A stretch of 64,000 bases of DNA from Candidatus Kapaibacterium sp. (GTDB lineage Bacteria; Bacteroidota; Ignavibacteria; Kapaibacteriales; UBA2268). The stretch spans positions 1,952,001 through 2,016,000 of the forward strand of contig OY762428.1 of NCBI GenBank assembly GCA_963665665.1, read 5' to 3'. Below are positions 20,509-31,219 of the stretch, in pieces; positions within the stretch are counted from its first letter, which is position 1; the number at the start of each line of letters is the position of its first letter. Under the pieces are notes generated by a model that was not told where the DNA came from, did not search any database, and saw only the letters and a program-made list of their open reading frames with translations. Both the position numbers and the translations under genes were made by a program.

Positions 20509-21540
20509 CTACTTGAGCCAGGAATGTTCACCATCCAGGAATTGTTGTAATTCATCAATATTTTCAGCGCTGCCTGCAAAAAACGGAACTCGCATGTGAA
20601 TATTATCGGGCTTAATATCAAGGATATTATTGCCCCGGCCATCCACACCCTTGCCTCCTGCCTGCTCGACAATAAATGATAATGGAGCAGCTTCATACAT
20701 CAGCCTGATTTTACCGTTTGGACGTTTTGAATCCATTGGATACATGAACACTCCGCCTGTGATTAGAGTTCTGTGGATATCACCTACAGCAGCGGCAACA
20801 TAACGTGATGTAAAAGGCCTGCGTTTGTCTTTCGATGTTTCTTTCACGTACTGAAGGTATTTCTGAAGATTTTCCGGCCAGCGCGGAGCATAAGCTTCAT
20901 TAACACTGTAGTATGAACCGTAAAGAGGAATTTTAAGATTTTCATAAGTCAGAAGGAATTCTCCTATAGTAGGGTCGTAAGTAAATACATTAACCCCATG
21001 CCCGGTGGTATAAACCAGCTGGGTACTGTTGCTGTAAAGAATATAACCGGCAGCCTGAAGCTGATGCCCGGTCTGGAGCACATCTTCCGGCTTTGCATCA
21101 CTGTTATCATCAGCGCTTTGCCTTTTGTAAAGGGAAAATATCGTCCCGATAGGGCAGTTTACGTCAACATTCGAAGAGCCGTCGAGAGGATCGAATGCAA
21201 GTATATACTTGCCTTTTTTATAATCTTTCGGAATAGCTATCACTTCTTCGTTTTCCTCGGAGATCATAGCGCAAAGCTGTCCGCCGTGACTCATTGCCCT
21301 GATAATAACCTCATTGGCATATTCATCAATCTTCTTTACTTTTTCCCCGTGTACGTTTGTATTCGATGTCATACCAAGGATATCATTAATACCTGCCCTG
21401 CGGACTTCCCGCGCGATAATCCTTATGGCAAAGGTCAGATCGTGTAATACTCTGGTAAATTCTCCTGTAGCGTCGGGGTATTTTCTTTCCTCTTCGGTAA
21501 TATGCCTGTCAATAGTATATAATTTTGATGTTTGAATCAT
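20509..21540 (-). CDS. fbp: Class 1 fructose-1,6-bisphosphatase
   Basis: FDPLDGSSNVD, DIHRTL..GGVFMYP and GKIRLMYEA motifs; start set at MIQTSKLY. Confidence 0.95.
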   Translation of the reverse strand: MIQTSKLYTIDRHITEEERKYPDATGEFTRVLHDLTFAIRIIAREVRRAGINDILGMTSNTNVHGEKVKKIDEYANEVIIRAMSHGGQLCAMISEENEEVIAIPKDYKKGKYILAFDPLDGSSNVDVNCPIGTIFSLYKRQSADDNSDAKPEDVLQTGHQLQAAGYILYSNSTQLVYTTGHGVNVFTYDPTIGEFLLTYENLKIPLYGSYYSVNEAYAPRWPENLQKYLQYVKETSKDKRRPFTSRYVAAAVGDIHRTLITGGVFMYPMDSKRPNGKIRLMYEAAPLSFIVEQAGGKGVDGRGNNILDIKPDNIHMRVPFFAGSAENIDELQQFLDGEHSWLK

Positions 21541-21760
21541 ATTGTAGATACTCCGCAAAAAAAAAACCGAATTAATCGGCAAAAAAGTGTTGTCTGTTAT
21601 TGCCAAACTTCGGATTAAAATTTAAGAAAGATTAAGTTCTTAGGCAAGAAAGATTTTCCTATTGACACTTTTATATTGATTATTTTTTGATTATTCCCTT
21701 TGAAGTATAAATATATTGGCTGAGTCCAATATTTATTAAAAGTTTAAGGATGATAAATTA

Positions 21761-22585
21761 TCAAAACTTTATGGAAATACTTATGCCACTCCTGTAAACG
21801 TCCGGCAGGATTGTAAGCTCTTTGCCGCCAATCTCAATTTTCTTATTCACATTCAGAACCGCAAGGGCTGATAAAGTTCCCACGCTTGCCCCTGCTATCA
21901 CATCGGACAGGAAGTGCTGATTAAGGTAAATCCTTGACCATGCGACTAATCCGGCAGTAGCATATAATGGGACTGTAGCCCACCAGCGGTCTATTTCACC
22001 GGCAAGAATTGTTGCAACACAGAATGCAACTGTTGAATGGCCCGAAGGCATAGCCTGGAAATCATTGCTCATTTCAAAAAAGCGGTAATCATTCAGGTGT
22101 TCAGCACGCCAGGGACGTGCCTTGCCAAGAATAACTTTGAAAGAACCGGTGATAATTCCCGACAAAGTCATGGCAGTAATCAACTTCAACCCGGTTCTTC
22201 TTATCCTGTCAGTACCTGAAACAAGACCTCCAAAATAGACTCCGGCGGCGAAAAGTCCGATATACTCCCGCTTAGCCAATGATGAAATACTTTTATATTT
22301 CTCATAAGTAACATCATTCATTCTTTCAACGTTCCAGTCCCGTATTTCCATTTCGGGTATTGAACTTAAAGCTATTCCGCCAAGGAGTGAAGCTGCAAGA
22401 ATCATTTCATCGCTGCCGAGATGAAATATTCCCTTTCCGATATCTATGAAATTATCTTCCATTGTAAGAATATCTTCGCCAATGGTATAAATGAAGCATT
22501 TGCTGCTGTAAGAGTCTGAAGACAACATGAGAAAAGGTGAAAGAACAAATATTAAAATAAGAACTATAATATGATTTTTCTTCAA
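21761..22585 (-). CDS. PAP2-family phosphatase (paralog 1)
   Basis: K...GKARP, MPSGH and SRIYLNQHFLSDV motifs. Confidence 0.9.
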   Translation of the reverse strand: MKKNHIIVLILIFVLSPFLMLSSDSYSSKCFIYTIGEDILTMEDNFIDIGKGIFHLGSDEMILAASLLGGIALSSIPEMEIRDWNVERMNDVTYEKYKSISSLAKREYIGLFAAGVYFGGLVSGTDRIRRTGLKLITAMTLSGIITGSFKVILGKARPWRAEHLNDYRFFEMSNDFQAMPSGHSTVAFCVATILAGEIDRWWATVPLYATAGLVAWSRIYLNQHFLSDVIAGASVGTLSALAVLNVNKKIEIGGKELTILPDVYRSGISISIKF

Positions 22586-22595
22586 TTATACACCG

Positions 22596-23414
22596 TTAGA
22601 ATTTATAGCAAAAATTAACCCCAACCGGATAAACGCTAATCGATAATGATTGAGCCTTACTTTCATTATTCCTGTCGTTTGCGTAAATTACAGCGTAAGC
22701 CCCGCCAATACCAACCAGCGCACCCATAAAAACATCGCTTATAAAATGCTGATCGTAATTAAGCCTGGATAGCGGTGTAATCGATGCAATTCCGAAAAAA
22801 AGGGGCCATCCCCACCACCTGTCCACCTGGTGCGCAAGCACTGTTGCCATAGAAAATGCAACAGTGGTGTGTCCGGAAGGGAAAGACTGGTAATCCTCAG
22901 TAAACTGCATAAATTTGAACTTTGTTACTCCCTCCTCCATATAGGGCCTTGCCCTGCCAAAACCAATCCTCATGGCCATAACGGCAGTTCCCGATACTGC
23001 CAGGGCTTCAAACATAAGCCTGCCGGTTTCCCTTATATCCTCGCATCCGGAAAACAGACCTGTTAAATATATCCCGCCGCTAAACATCTCGGCATAAGCT
23101 ATTCTGCCCATATCATCGCCGATCTTAAAAAAGTCGTCACTTTCCGCAGTTCGAATCTCCTGGAAATAATCCCTTGCCGGCCTGTCAACGGAAAACAAGG
23201 CAGCAGTAATGCCGGTATAAATTCCTGCCCGGAGAAGGTCATCGCCGTCAATTCTTCCGATTGAAGCGCCAATCTCGTAAAAATCATTTCCGGCTGATTT
23301 AATATCATCCCAGAAAACTTCATATACAGCAGGACTTGATGTTTTAACAGTATCCTCTGCTATTAAATTAAGGCAATTAAATCCAAATATTACAAATATG
23401 ATAACAAATTTCAT
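22596..23414 (-). CDS. PAP2-family phosphatase (paralog 2)
   Basis: GRARP, SFPSGH and SRLNYDQHFISDV motifs. Confidence 0.9.
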   Translation of the reverse strand: MKFVIIFVIFGFNCLNLIAEDTVKTSSPAVYEVFWDDIKSAGNDFYEIGASIGRIDGDDLLRAGIYTGITAALFSVDRPARDYFQEIRTAESDDFFKIGDDMGRIAYAEMFSGGIYLTGLFSGCEDIRETGRLMFEALAVSGTAVMAMRIGFGRARPYMEEGVTKFKFMQFTEDYQSFPSGHTTVAFSMATVLAHQVDRWWGWPLFFGIASITPLSRLNYDQHFISDVFMGALVGIGGAYAVIYANDRNNESKAQSLSISVYPVGVNFCYKF

Positions 23415-23609
23415 CGATCACGATTTACATGTAAGACCAAAATGATAAAATATTAATACTGTTGCATTAATCAAATTCTGATTGTTCTATTCATTATAAT
23501 TAAATATTGACTAAGATATTTTCAGAACATGAACAAATATTAGAAGCACAGTATTACCAAATTTTTAAAAAAATTATTACTGCAAAAAATCAGATTGCTA
23601 TTTAAAAAA

Positions 23610-25160
23610 CTATCTTCCGCCCCTAAGAACATTTGGTATTTCACGTGTTCCGTCGTAGTCCTGTTTCATTGGTACAAGGAAATAAAAAGTAGATCCTTTT
23701 TCAAGTTTGCTCCTTACCCATACTTTTCCTTTGTGTGCTTCAATTAGTTTTTTAACAATCCATAATCCAAGTCCGGATGAAGGTTCTCCTGCAGTTGGCC
23801 GGGCTGTAAGTTTAGATCCTCGTTTGAATGCTTTCTTAACATCGTTTTCCGAAAGTCCCGGGCCATTATCACTAACGCCAACAACAATAACCCCGTTGTC
23901 CTTTTGGGTTTTAATCATTACTTTGCTTTTAGGATTGGAAAACTTAATGGCGTTTGAAATCAAGTTATCCAGAACTTCTTCAATTTTCTGGGGGTCAACT
24001 TCAGCATCCGGAAGGTTTTCTTCAAGCTCTACCAGTAATTCAATCGATTTATCCCTGGCCCTTGCACTGTTTGTATGTGCAATATCTTTTACAATTTCAT
24101 TAATTGATACCGGTTCCATATCCAATACCAGTTTGCTTCCTTCCAGGGCAAGTATCCTTGAAACTTCCTGTGAAAGGAAAACAATTTTATTCGTTGTTGC
24201 AAAAATATCTTCCATTACTTCCTGTTGCTCAGTAGCAGTCAGGTCGTAAGATCTAAGAAGTTCCACCAGGCTTTTTATCAATGCGGCCGGATTCTTGATA
24301 TCGTGAATTATCATGGCAAAAAGGTCGTCCTTCTGAGTTTGCAGGTCTTCAAGTTCCCCTTTTTTGCTTTGAAGTTTTGCAACTTTTTCCTGTAATTCCT
24401 TGTTTTGTTTCATTAGTTCCGATCTTCGTGATTGCATGTTATCAATCTGTCCGCGAAGAGCAGCTATTTCGGAAAGAAGCTTTTCATTTTCTGCTTTCAG
24501 TTGAACTGGATCAAGAGTGTCATTACCAGCCTGGTTCATATTTTGGTTCCTGGTTTGTTTTGATTTTTTTATAATAAAAAGAAGTATTATTATCATAAAA
24601 ATTGCAATGCCGGCAATGCCTGCTATCAAAAATAATAACGGGATATGAATAGTTCCTGACTGGCCACTAAGTTCGCTGTTCAGGGATTTCACCGTACTGT
24701 CCTGCACTGCCGAATGTTTTCTCAGGGAGTCGAGTTCACTGTGCATAGCAGCCCGGGCATTATTTACCGCAAAATCGAGCCGCGCATGTGAAGCCATCCA
24801 TTGCTTTCCCGGATCGAAAGCCTCTATCACAAGTGAATAATTATCTTCAGCCATTTGTTTGTATTTCAGGGTTGTTCTTCTGTCGGTATGATTGGATGAA
24901 TCGACAGAATTTGAAAGCTTTATCCTGAACAGAAAAGGAGTTCGTTCCCCTCCGTTTATCTTGCAGGAATATTTAATGATCACAGAATCGCTCGTAGAAA
25001 GAACGATATTAGAGTATTCGCCTGTTTTATAGACCTTTTTACCAACAATAACCGAATCGATTACTGTTTTTCTGTCTTCTGCCAAAGTTTCGGAAAAATT
25101 CGATAAAACAAAAGCGAAAACTAAAGCAGTTAGTAGAAGTTGTATTTTAAAATATTTCAT
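23610..25160 (-). CDS. Sensor histidine kinase (extracytoplasmic domain, TM, coiled coil, HisKA/HATPase)
   Basis: HDIKNP, NLISNAIKF, DNGPG, GLGL and GSTF boxes. Confidence 0.9.
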   Translation of the reverse strand: MKYFKIQLLLTALVFAFVLSNFSETLAEDRKTVIDSVIVGKKVYKTGEYSNIVLSTSDSVIIKYSCKINGGERTPFLFRIKLSNSVDSSNHTDRRTTLKYKQMAEDNYSLVIEAFDPGKQWMASHARLDFAVNNARAAMHSELDSLRKHSAVQDSTVKSLNSELSGQSGTIHIPLLFLIAGIAGIAIFMIIILLFIIKKSKQTRNQNMNQAGNDTLDPVQLKAENEKLLSEIAALRGQIDNMQSRRSELMKQNKELQEKVAKLQSKKGELEDLQTQKDDLFAMIIHDIKNPAALIKSLVELLRSYDLTATEQQEVMEDIFATTNKIVFLSQEVSRILALEGSKLVLDMEPVSINEIVKDIAHTNSARARDKSIELLVELEENLPDAEVDPQKIEEVLDNLISNAIKFSNPKSKVMIKTQKDNGVIVVGVSDNGPGLSENDVKKAFKRGSKLTARPTAGEPSSGLGLWIVKKLIEAHKGKVWVRSKLEKGSTFYFLVPMKQDYDGTREIPNVLRGGR

Positions 25161-25168
25161 TTCGATTT

Positions 25169-25894
25169 CTATTCAATTTCAAAAGCTTTTTTTCTTTTCA
25201 ACGCAGCCTGGTGTCGGGTGCGAATTTTATTTTTTTTCACGGCATTTTCAAGGATTCTCCTTACATCAAAGAAAGTATGGTAAGGATAATGCGGCAGCCT
25301 TTTTTCGTTACAATATGCAGCAAGGTCTTTCTTTGCAAAAATAATATCAGCATGCTCGGCAGCGCAAAAATCAGAGAACCCGTCGCCAATAAGAACGTAT
25401 ATCACATCTGGTGAAGTGTACGAAAGCATCGAGTTTCTTTTGCAGGAAGCACAGGTACAATCACAGGATTCACTTGCCCCCGGAAAATACGGCTGTGGCG
25501 GCAATCCTTCCCTGAAGATCATTTTATTGCAGAATACCCTGGTATCAGTGGCCCCGGCCCTTTCCAGAACACGGTTTATATAAACGTCATAACCGTCGCT
25601 TAGTATTGTAAGTTCAAAATCATTTTGCCTGCAGAAATCAGCAAAAGCCCCGAAATAGGGATCAACTTCAATGCTGTCGGTGAATTTTTCAATATTTTCC
25701 TTTGTTGCATCCGGACGAAGTTTCGAGCATACTATACGCCAGTATTCATCAATTTTCAGTTCGCCATTTCTTAGCATACTGTGCCATGGTTCAAATTCGC
25801 CGAACTCCTGAAACAGCACATCACCTATATCTTTATGGGTAATTGTGCCGTCAAAATCTGTAAATATACTGAGTTGTTTCTTTTCCTTCCCCAT
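25169..25894 (-). CDS. MtnX-like HAD-IB phosphatase
   Basis: DFDGTIT, ILSDG, C..CK and IGDGFSDFCAA..ADIIFAK motifs; start set at MGKEKKQ. Confidence 0.8.
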   Translation of the reverse strand: MGKEKKQLSIFTDFDGTITHKDIGDVLFQEFGEFEPWHSMLRNGELKIDEYWRIVCSKLRPDATKENIEKFTDSIEVDPYFGAFADFCRQNDFELTILSDGYDVYINRVLERAGATDTRVFCNKMIFREGLPPQPYFPGASESCDCTCASCKRNSMLSYTSPDVIYVLIGDGFSDFCAAEHADIIFAKKDLAAYCNEKRLPHYPYHTFFDVRRILENAVKKNKIRTRHQAALKRKKAFEIE

Positions 25895-26231
25895 TTTTGC
25901 CGGTTTTCTTTTTCGATAATAACTAAATATTCCGCTAACAAATTTAATCATCCATCAGGAATATATTACGATTTTTTCACATAGCAAACAATAAAATTTT
26001 GTTCTGAAAGATTTCAAAGAACATAACTATACAATATTCTTATCGGTAATAAAGTACTATTCTTTATTAGTGAAAATCAAATTTTATCCTGCCTTGTTCA
26101 TGGAATTACCGGATTACTACTTTAAATAAAAATGAACAACAAATAATCAAAAAATACCTAAAACAGGGTATTGACTTTTTAGGATAAATGGTGTAATATA
26201 TCTTTATTTCAATATTTTATCCGGAGGGGTA

Positions 26232-26594
26232 ATGTCTGGTTCAAACAACAGAGAGGTAGGCCAAAAAGGAGAGGAAGAAGCTGCAAAATTCCTTGTTGAC
26301 AATGGATATAAAATTATTAAGAAAAACTTTCATTTCGGCAAAACCGGAGAAATTGACATCATAGCAGAGAAGGATGATATACTTGTGTTTGTAGAAGTAA
26401 AAACCCGCTACAACGATAAATATGGCGATCCATTACTTTCAATTACCTACCGAAAGCAAAAATCAATTCGTAAAGTTGCAGAAGGATATTTGTATATAAA
26501 TAAAATCCGGGATCAAGAATGCCGATTTGATGTGATCATAGTGGATAAACGGCCGGGAATAAATGAAATTTTTCAGATGGAAAACGCATTTTAA
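26232..26594 (+). CDS. YraN family (UPF0102) protein
   Basis: GQKGEEEA, GEIDIIA, LVFVEVKTR and CRFDVI motifs. Confidence 0.92.
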   Translation: MSGSNNREVGQKGEEEAAKFLVDNGYKIIKKNFHFGKTGEIDIIAEKDDILVFVEVKTRYNDKYGDPLLSITYRKQKSIRKVAEGYLYINKIRDQECRFDVIIVDKRPGINEIFQMENAF

Positions 26595-26610
26595 TATTAT
26601 TCTGGTTTTC

Positions 26611-28353
26611 TTATGCCTTGTATCCGTTATGAAGGATTTCTCTTATATCATTCATACAAAATGCATTCAAGGCTTTTCCGGCAATTCTTTTTGAACGTGT
26701 CATGTCTGTATTTCTTATTCTGCTTTTTAGTTCAAGCAGCACGGAAGGCGGAACAGAAAGTTCCTCGATCCCCATGCCGATAAGTAATTCAGTGGCAGCT
26801 GCATGGCTGGCGATCTCGCCACAAAGCCCCACCTTTACATTGTTGGCTTTTGCAGCATCAATCACAGATTTGATCATTCTCAGCACTGCCGGATGGAAAG
26901 GGTCAAAAATATCTGCAACCAGTTCATTTGTTCTGTCAGCGGCAAGTGTGTATTGTGTCAGGTCGTTAGTTCCGATACTGAAATAATCCACATGGCATGC
27001 TATGTCCGGTGCCAGCATAACAGCCGCAGGTGTTTCTATCATAATACCAATCGGGAGATTATGGTCATAATGGATCCCTTTGGCATCAAGTTCAACTTTG
27101 CATTTTTCTACCAGGTCAATGGATTCAAGTACTTCACCGATATTTGATATCATTGGAAGCAACAGCCTGACATTTTTGTTTTTTGAAGCCCGGAGAATAG
27201 CTTTAACCTGTATCTCGAACAGATCTTTCCTGGACAGTAAGAACCTTATTCCCCTGAAACCGAGCGCCGGGTTATCCTCGTGTTTGGGAATACCTTCGGC
27301 ATATTTATCGCTGCCAACATCAAAAACACGAATAGTTACAGGATGCGGGTAAATCCTTTCAGAGAGTTTGTTGTACCAGTCGTATTGTTCTTCAATAGAC
27401 GGAAACACTTTTACCGGGAATATCATGTGCTCGGTTCTGACCAGGCCTATTCCCTCTGCTCCAACTTTCACGGCATTTTCAACTTCGCGGGTAAAATCAA
27501 TATTTGCCAGGAGGTGGATCTTTTTCCCGTCCTTGGTTTCCGAGGGCAGTTTAACCAGCTTGCCAAGCTTCCTTTTATATTTAATTTCGTCGGCTTTCTT
27601 CTTCCTGTAAGCCAAACGGGTTTCATCAGAAGGATTGGTAATAACAGTACCGGTAAATCCGTTCATTACAATATTTTTGCCGTTTTTTATTCCGGAAGTG
27701 GCATTTTTTACACCAATAACTGCCGGAATTTCAAGTGACCTTGCAAGAATGGAAACATGTCCGGCAATCCCCCCGACTTCAGTTACTAATCCGGCAATGC
27801 CGATTTCTTTGAAGTGAACAATGTCAGTTGGAGTTAAAGAATTAGCAACCACAATTGAATCCTTGCAGGCAGAGTGGAATATATTTCTGTTCCTCAAAGC
27901 TGCAAGCAGCCTTTCCTTCAGGTGGTCAAGTTCGGCGGCCTTTTCCCGGAGTATCCTGTCGTTGGAATGTTTGAAGAACTTCATTTGGGCGTCGAATGAT
28001 TGAATAACAGCACTTTCCGCCGCAATAGATGTTTTAATTATATTCTGAACCGATTCAATGAAAAACGGATCCTTCAGTATAATAATATTGGCGCTAATAA
28101 TATCCCCGACTTCTTTTGGCTGCTGGCCAACTTTTCCCAGGGCCTGATCAAATTCTTTGATAAGCTCCTCGGTAGATGAAGCAAAGCGCTCAAGCTCTGA
28201 ATCAATTTCAGATTCGGATATCTTTACTGTCGGGACTACAACTTTTTCGGGTTTGATAACAAATGATTTTCCAACGGCTGTTCCGGGAGAGGATGGAATA
28301 CCTTTCAATAACTTTTCTTTTTGGGTTGTACCTGTTCGGGAAACGCTTTTCAT
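26611..28353 (-). CDS. ptsI: PTS enzyme I (PEP-protein phosphotransferase)
   Basis: GG..GHVSILARSL phospho-His, EGIGLVRTE, NPALGFRGIR and SIGTNDLTQY motifs. Confidence 0.95.
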   Translation of the reverse strand: MKSVSRTGTTQKEKLLKGIPSSPGTAVGKSFVIKPEKVVVPTVKISESEIDSELERFASSTEELIKEFDQALGKVGQQPKEVGDIISANIIILKDPFFIESVQNIIKTSIAAESAVIQSFDAQMKFFKHSNDRILREKAAELDHLKERLLAALRNRNIFHSACKDSIVVANSLTPTDIVHFKEIGIAGLVTEVGGIAGHVSILARSLEIPAVIGVKNATSGIKNGKNIVMNGFTGTVITNPSDETRLAYRKKKADEIKYKRKLGKLVKLPSETKDGKKIHLLANIDFTREVENAVKVGAEGIGLVRTEHMIFPVKVFPSIEEQYDWYNKLSERIYPHPVTIRVFDVGSDKYAEGIPKHEDNPALGFRGIRFLLSRKDLFEIQVKAILRASKNKNVRLLLPMISNIGEVLESIDLVEKCKVELDAKGIHYDHNLPIGIMIETPAAVMLAPDIACHVDYFSIGTNDLTQYTLAADRTNELVADIFDPFHPAVLRMIKSVIDAAKANNVKVGLCGEIASHAAATELLIGMGIEELSVPPSVLLELKSRIRNTDMTRSKRIAGKALNAFCMNDIREILHNGYKA

Positions 28354-28380
28354 AAATTTCTCAATTTTTTAAAAAATTGA

Positions 28381-28647
28381 TCAGGGTTCACCGAATCCTG
28401 ATGCGAACAATTCCTTCAAGGCGTTTTCAGCATCTTTTTCATCTTCGCCGTCACATTGCAATTGGAGCGAGCAACCCTGCTCAGCCGCAAGAGTCATTAC
28501 GCCAATAATACTCTTTGCATTAATAGAAAACCCGTCCCTGATAAGATATATCTCGGAACTGAATTTCGATGCTGTTTTTACAAGCTCTGCGGCAGGCCTT
28601 GTGTGGAGCCCCGCCCTGTTTACTATTTTTACCTCGCTTTCGAGCAT
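28381..28647 (-). CDS. ptsH: Phosphocarrier protein HPr
   Basis: GLHTRPAA (His15) and NAKSIIGV (Ser46). Confidence 0.95.
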   Translation of the reverse strand: MLESEVKIVNRAGLHTRPAAELVKTASKFSSEIYLIRDGFSINAKSIIGVMTLAAEQGCSLQLQCDGEDEKDAENALKELFASGFGEP

Positions 28648-29050
28648 TCAAACTATCCAATATCAAAACATAAAAGATTACTAATATACGAATGTTTTCC
28701 ATATTTTTCAAAAATTTAGATCGGTTGCTGTTATATAAATACAAATTTCATTGAATAATGATGTATGCTGGTATTTCCGGACACTGCGCAAAGAACTTAT
28801 GCCGACAAGTTAATATTTAAAATATATCTTTCTGCCCTCCTGAACCTTTTTCGCCAATAATTCTTATGAATTTGTACATTAGCAAAATATTCCTTTCAGG
28901 CCCAAATTTAAATGGACTTTGCAATTTTTCCGGATTAGCTGATTAGCTGTGCCCGGTATTAATTTAAAAAACAGATCAAAGTATGCGAAATTATCGGATA
29001 ATTATCTTAATTTTGAAAAAAATAATTACACGATTTAAAGGAGCTGTTTC

Positions 29051-30760
29051 ATGGCAGACAACAACAAAACTGAAAATGAAGAAAATGCTAACAAGCCTTC
29101 CAACTTTATCAAGTCGATAATCAGGGAAGACCTTAAAAATAATAAAAATGATGGCAGGGTGCACACTCGTTTCCCACCGGAACCAAACGGCTACCTGCAT
29201 ATTGGCCATGCCAAATCCATCTGCCTGAACTTTGGGCTGGCAAATGAGTTCGGCGGCAAAACCAACCTCAGGTTCGACGATACCAACCCGAGCAAGGAAG
29301 AAACCGAATACGTAGAATCGATAATGGAAGACGTACACTGGCTGGGATTCGACTGGGAAGACCGCATGTTCTACGCTTCGGATTATTTCGATAAACTTCA
29401 CGCTTATGCTATCCAGCTTATCAAACTTGGCAAAGCGTTCGTATGCGACCTGAATGCCGAGGAAATTCGCGCGCACAGGGGCACGCTAAAGGAACCCGGC
29501 CAGGAAAGTCCCTACCGCAACAGAAGCATCGATGAAAACCTTGATTTATTCGAAAGAATGACAAAAGGCGAATTCCCGGACGGAACCAAAGTACTCAGGG
29601 CAAAAATTGATATGGCCTCGCCAAACCTGAATATGCGCGACCCCGTTATTTACAGGATAATGCACCGCGAACACCACAGGACAGGCGATAAATGGTGCGT
29701 TTACCCGATGTACGACTGGGCGCACGGACTCAGCGATTCTATTGAGGGGATAACACACTCAGTTTGTACTCTTGAGTTTGAAGACCACAGGCCGCTTTAT
29801 GACTGGTGCTTAGAGCAGCTTGGTGTTTTCCATCCACAGCAGATTGAGTTTGCAAGGCTGAACCTAAGCAACACAATAATGAGCAAAAGAAAGCTGCTCC
29901 AGCTTGTTGAAGAAGATATCGTCAGCGGTTGGGACGACCCGAGAATGCCCACAATTTCCGGCTTGCGGCGCAGGGGTTTTACACCCGAATCTATCAGAGA
30001 TTTTGCCGAGAGAATAGGCGTAGCAAAAAAAGACAGCCTTGTTGATTACGCCCTGCTGGAATACTGCGTCCGTGAGGACCTGAATAAGCGCGCACAGAGG
30101 GTAATGGCCGTTCTCAATCCTGTGAAAGTCATCATTGACAACTATCCCGACGATATTGAGGACGAGCTTGATGCCATTAATAATCCTGAAGACGAATCAA
30201 TGGGTAAAAGGAAGGTTCCTTTCTCGAAAGAAATATATATTGAACGAGACGACTTCATGGAAGATCCGCCCAGAAAATTTTTCAGGCTGGCTCCGGGCCG
30301 CGAGGTAAGGTTGCGCTATGCATACCTTGTAACCTGCACCGACGTTGTGAAGGATGAAAACGGTGAAGTAAAAGAAATTCACTGCACTTACGATCCCGAA
30401 TCGCGCGGCGGCAACGCCCCCGACGGAAGAAGAGTGAAGGGCACTATCCACTGGGTATCGGCAAAGCACGGAATCGATGCCGAAGTAAGGCTTTACGAAC
30501 ACCTGCTAACACTGGAAGACCCCGGCGACGCCGAGGAAGGCAAGTCGTTCATGGATTATATTAATACGGACTCCATGCAGACGATCAATGCCAAAGTAGA
30601 GCCTTTCATGCAGGGCAAAGAAGCGGGCTTCCGCTGCCAGTTCGAGCGCAAGGGCTATTTCTGCGTTGATAAGGATAGTACAAATGACAAACTGGTTATT
30701 AACAGGACAACGGGCCTGAGAGATTCCTGGGCAAAGATGCAGCAGAAAAAGAAAAAATAA
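29051..30760 (+). CDS. glnS: Glutamine--tRNA ligase
   Basis: [20 protein letters not shown] and KGTIHWVS motifs. Confidence 0.98.
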   Translation: MADNNKTENEENANKPSNFIKSIIREDLKNNKNDGRVHTRFPPEPNGYLHIGHAKSICLNFGLANEFGGKTNLRFDDTNPSKEETEYVESIMEDVHWLGFDWEDRMFYASDYFDKLHAYAIQLIKLGKAFVCDLNAEEIRAHRGTLKEPGQESPYRNRSIDENLDLFERMTKGEFPDGTKVLRAKIDMASPNLNMRDPVIYRIMHREHHRTGDKWCVYPMYDWAHGLSDSIEGITHSVCTLEFEDHRPLYDWCLEQLGVFHPQQIEFARLNLSNTIMSKRKLLQLVEEDIVSGWDDPRMPTISGLRRRGFTPESIRDFAERIGVAKKDSLVDYALLEYCVREDLNKRAQRVMAVLNPVKVIIDNYPDDIEDELDAINNPEDESMGKRKVPFSKEIYIERDDFMEDPPRKFFRLAPGREVRLRYAYLVTCTDVVKDENGEVKEIHCTYDPESRGGNAPDGRRVKGTIHWVSAKHGIDAEVRLYEHLLTLEDPGDAEEGKSFMDYINTDSMQTINAKVEPFMQGKEAGFRCQFERKGYFCVDKDSTNDKLVINRTTGLRDSWAKMQQKKKK

Positions 30761-30785
30761 TTAAAAATACAAAATATATTAGAAT

Positions 30786-30814
30786 ACATCCGATGACTTA
30801 AAGTCATCGGATGT
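30786..30814. repeat. REP-like palindrome family A, copy 3 (glnS terminator)
   Basis: acatccgatgactt-a-aagtcatcggatgt followed by a T-tract. Confidence 0.8.
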
Positions 30815-30860
30815 TTTTTTATAAAGTCCTGATAAGTAATATAGTTATAAAATCATAAAT

Positions 30861-30925
30861 ACTTGTGAAAAATAATTATGATTATTTGTTTTTTTCTTGC
30901 TTTTTCAATTTCTTTTATTTAAGTT
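30861..30925 (+). promoter_or_regulatory. Conserved promoter of module 1: TGTGA element + TTGCTT-N17-TAAGTT
   Basis: Same layout at 42244-42304 and 52609-52671 (minus strand). Confidence 0.65.
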
Positions 30926-30958
30926 CATGTCAGATCATATTAAGTGTATTTTATAACA

Positions 30959-31219
30959 GAGCCAATGCTTTTATTAAGCCAAAATTATTGGAGGTTGAGA
31001 TGAACAGAAGCCCGTAGCAGAATATTATCCCCATAACAGCAATAATAAAAAGGCCGGGGAAAGCCCCGACCCCACATTGACTCTACGTTCCCACCGAAAA
31101 GGAATATTATAGAGGACAATGTGCCATATTTTTCAGACGCTCTTGCGTTTGCTGTATTGCGTTGCAGTAAATGCAATGAAATTTTCAAAAAATGTAAAAA
31201 TAACAAAATAGTGTGATAT
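30959..31219 (+). ncRNA. Putative structured 5' leader RNA with 5-codon uORF (MNRSP, 31000-31017)
   Basis: Near-identical to the reverse complement of 52253-52506; three predicted hairpins. Confidence 0.5.

Noticed and set aside
31040-31130. Cobalamin or c-di-GMP riboswitch in the leader
   Set aside because: Only a purine-loop hairpin resembles them; the B12-box and GEMM core motifs are absent.
30985-31206. 73-aa antisense ORF across the leader
   Set aside because: Indels in the second leader copy disrupt the frame, and it is not reported there.
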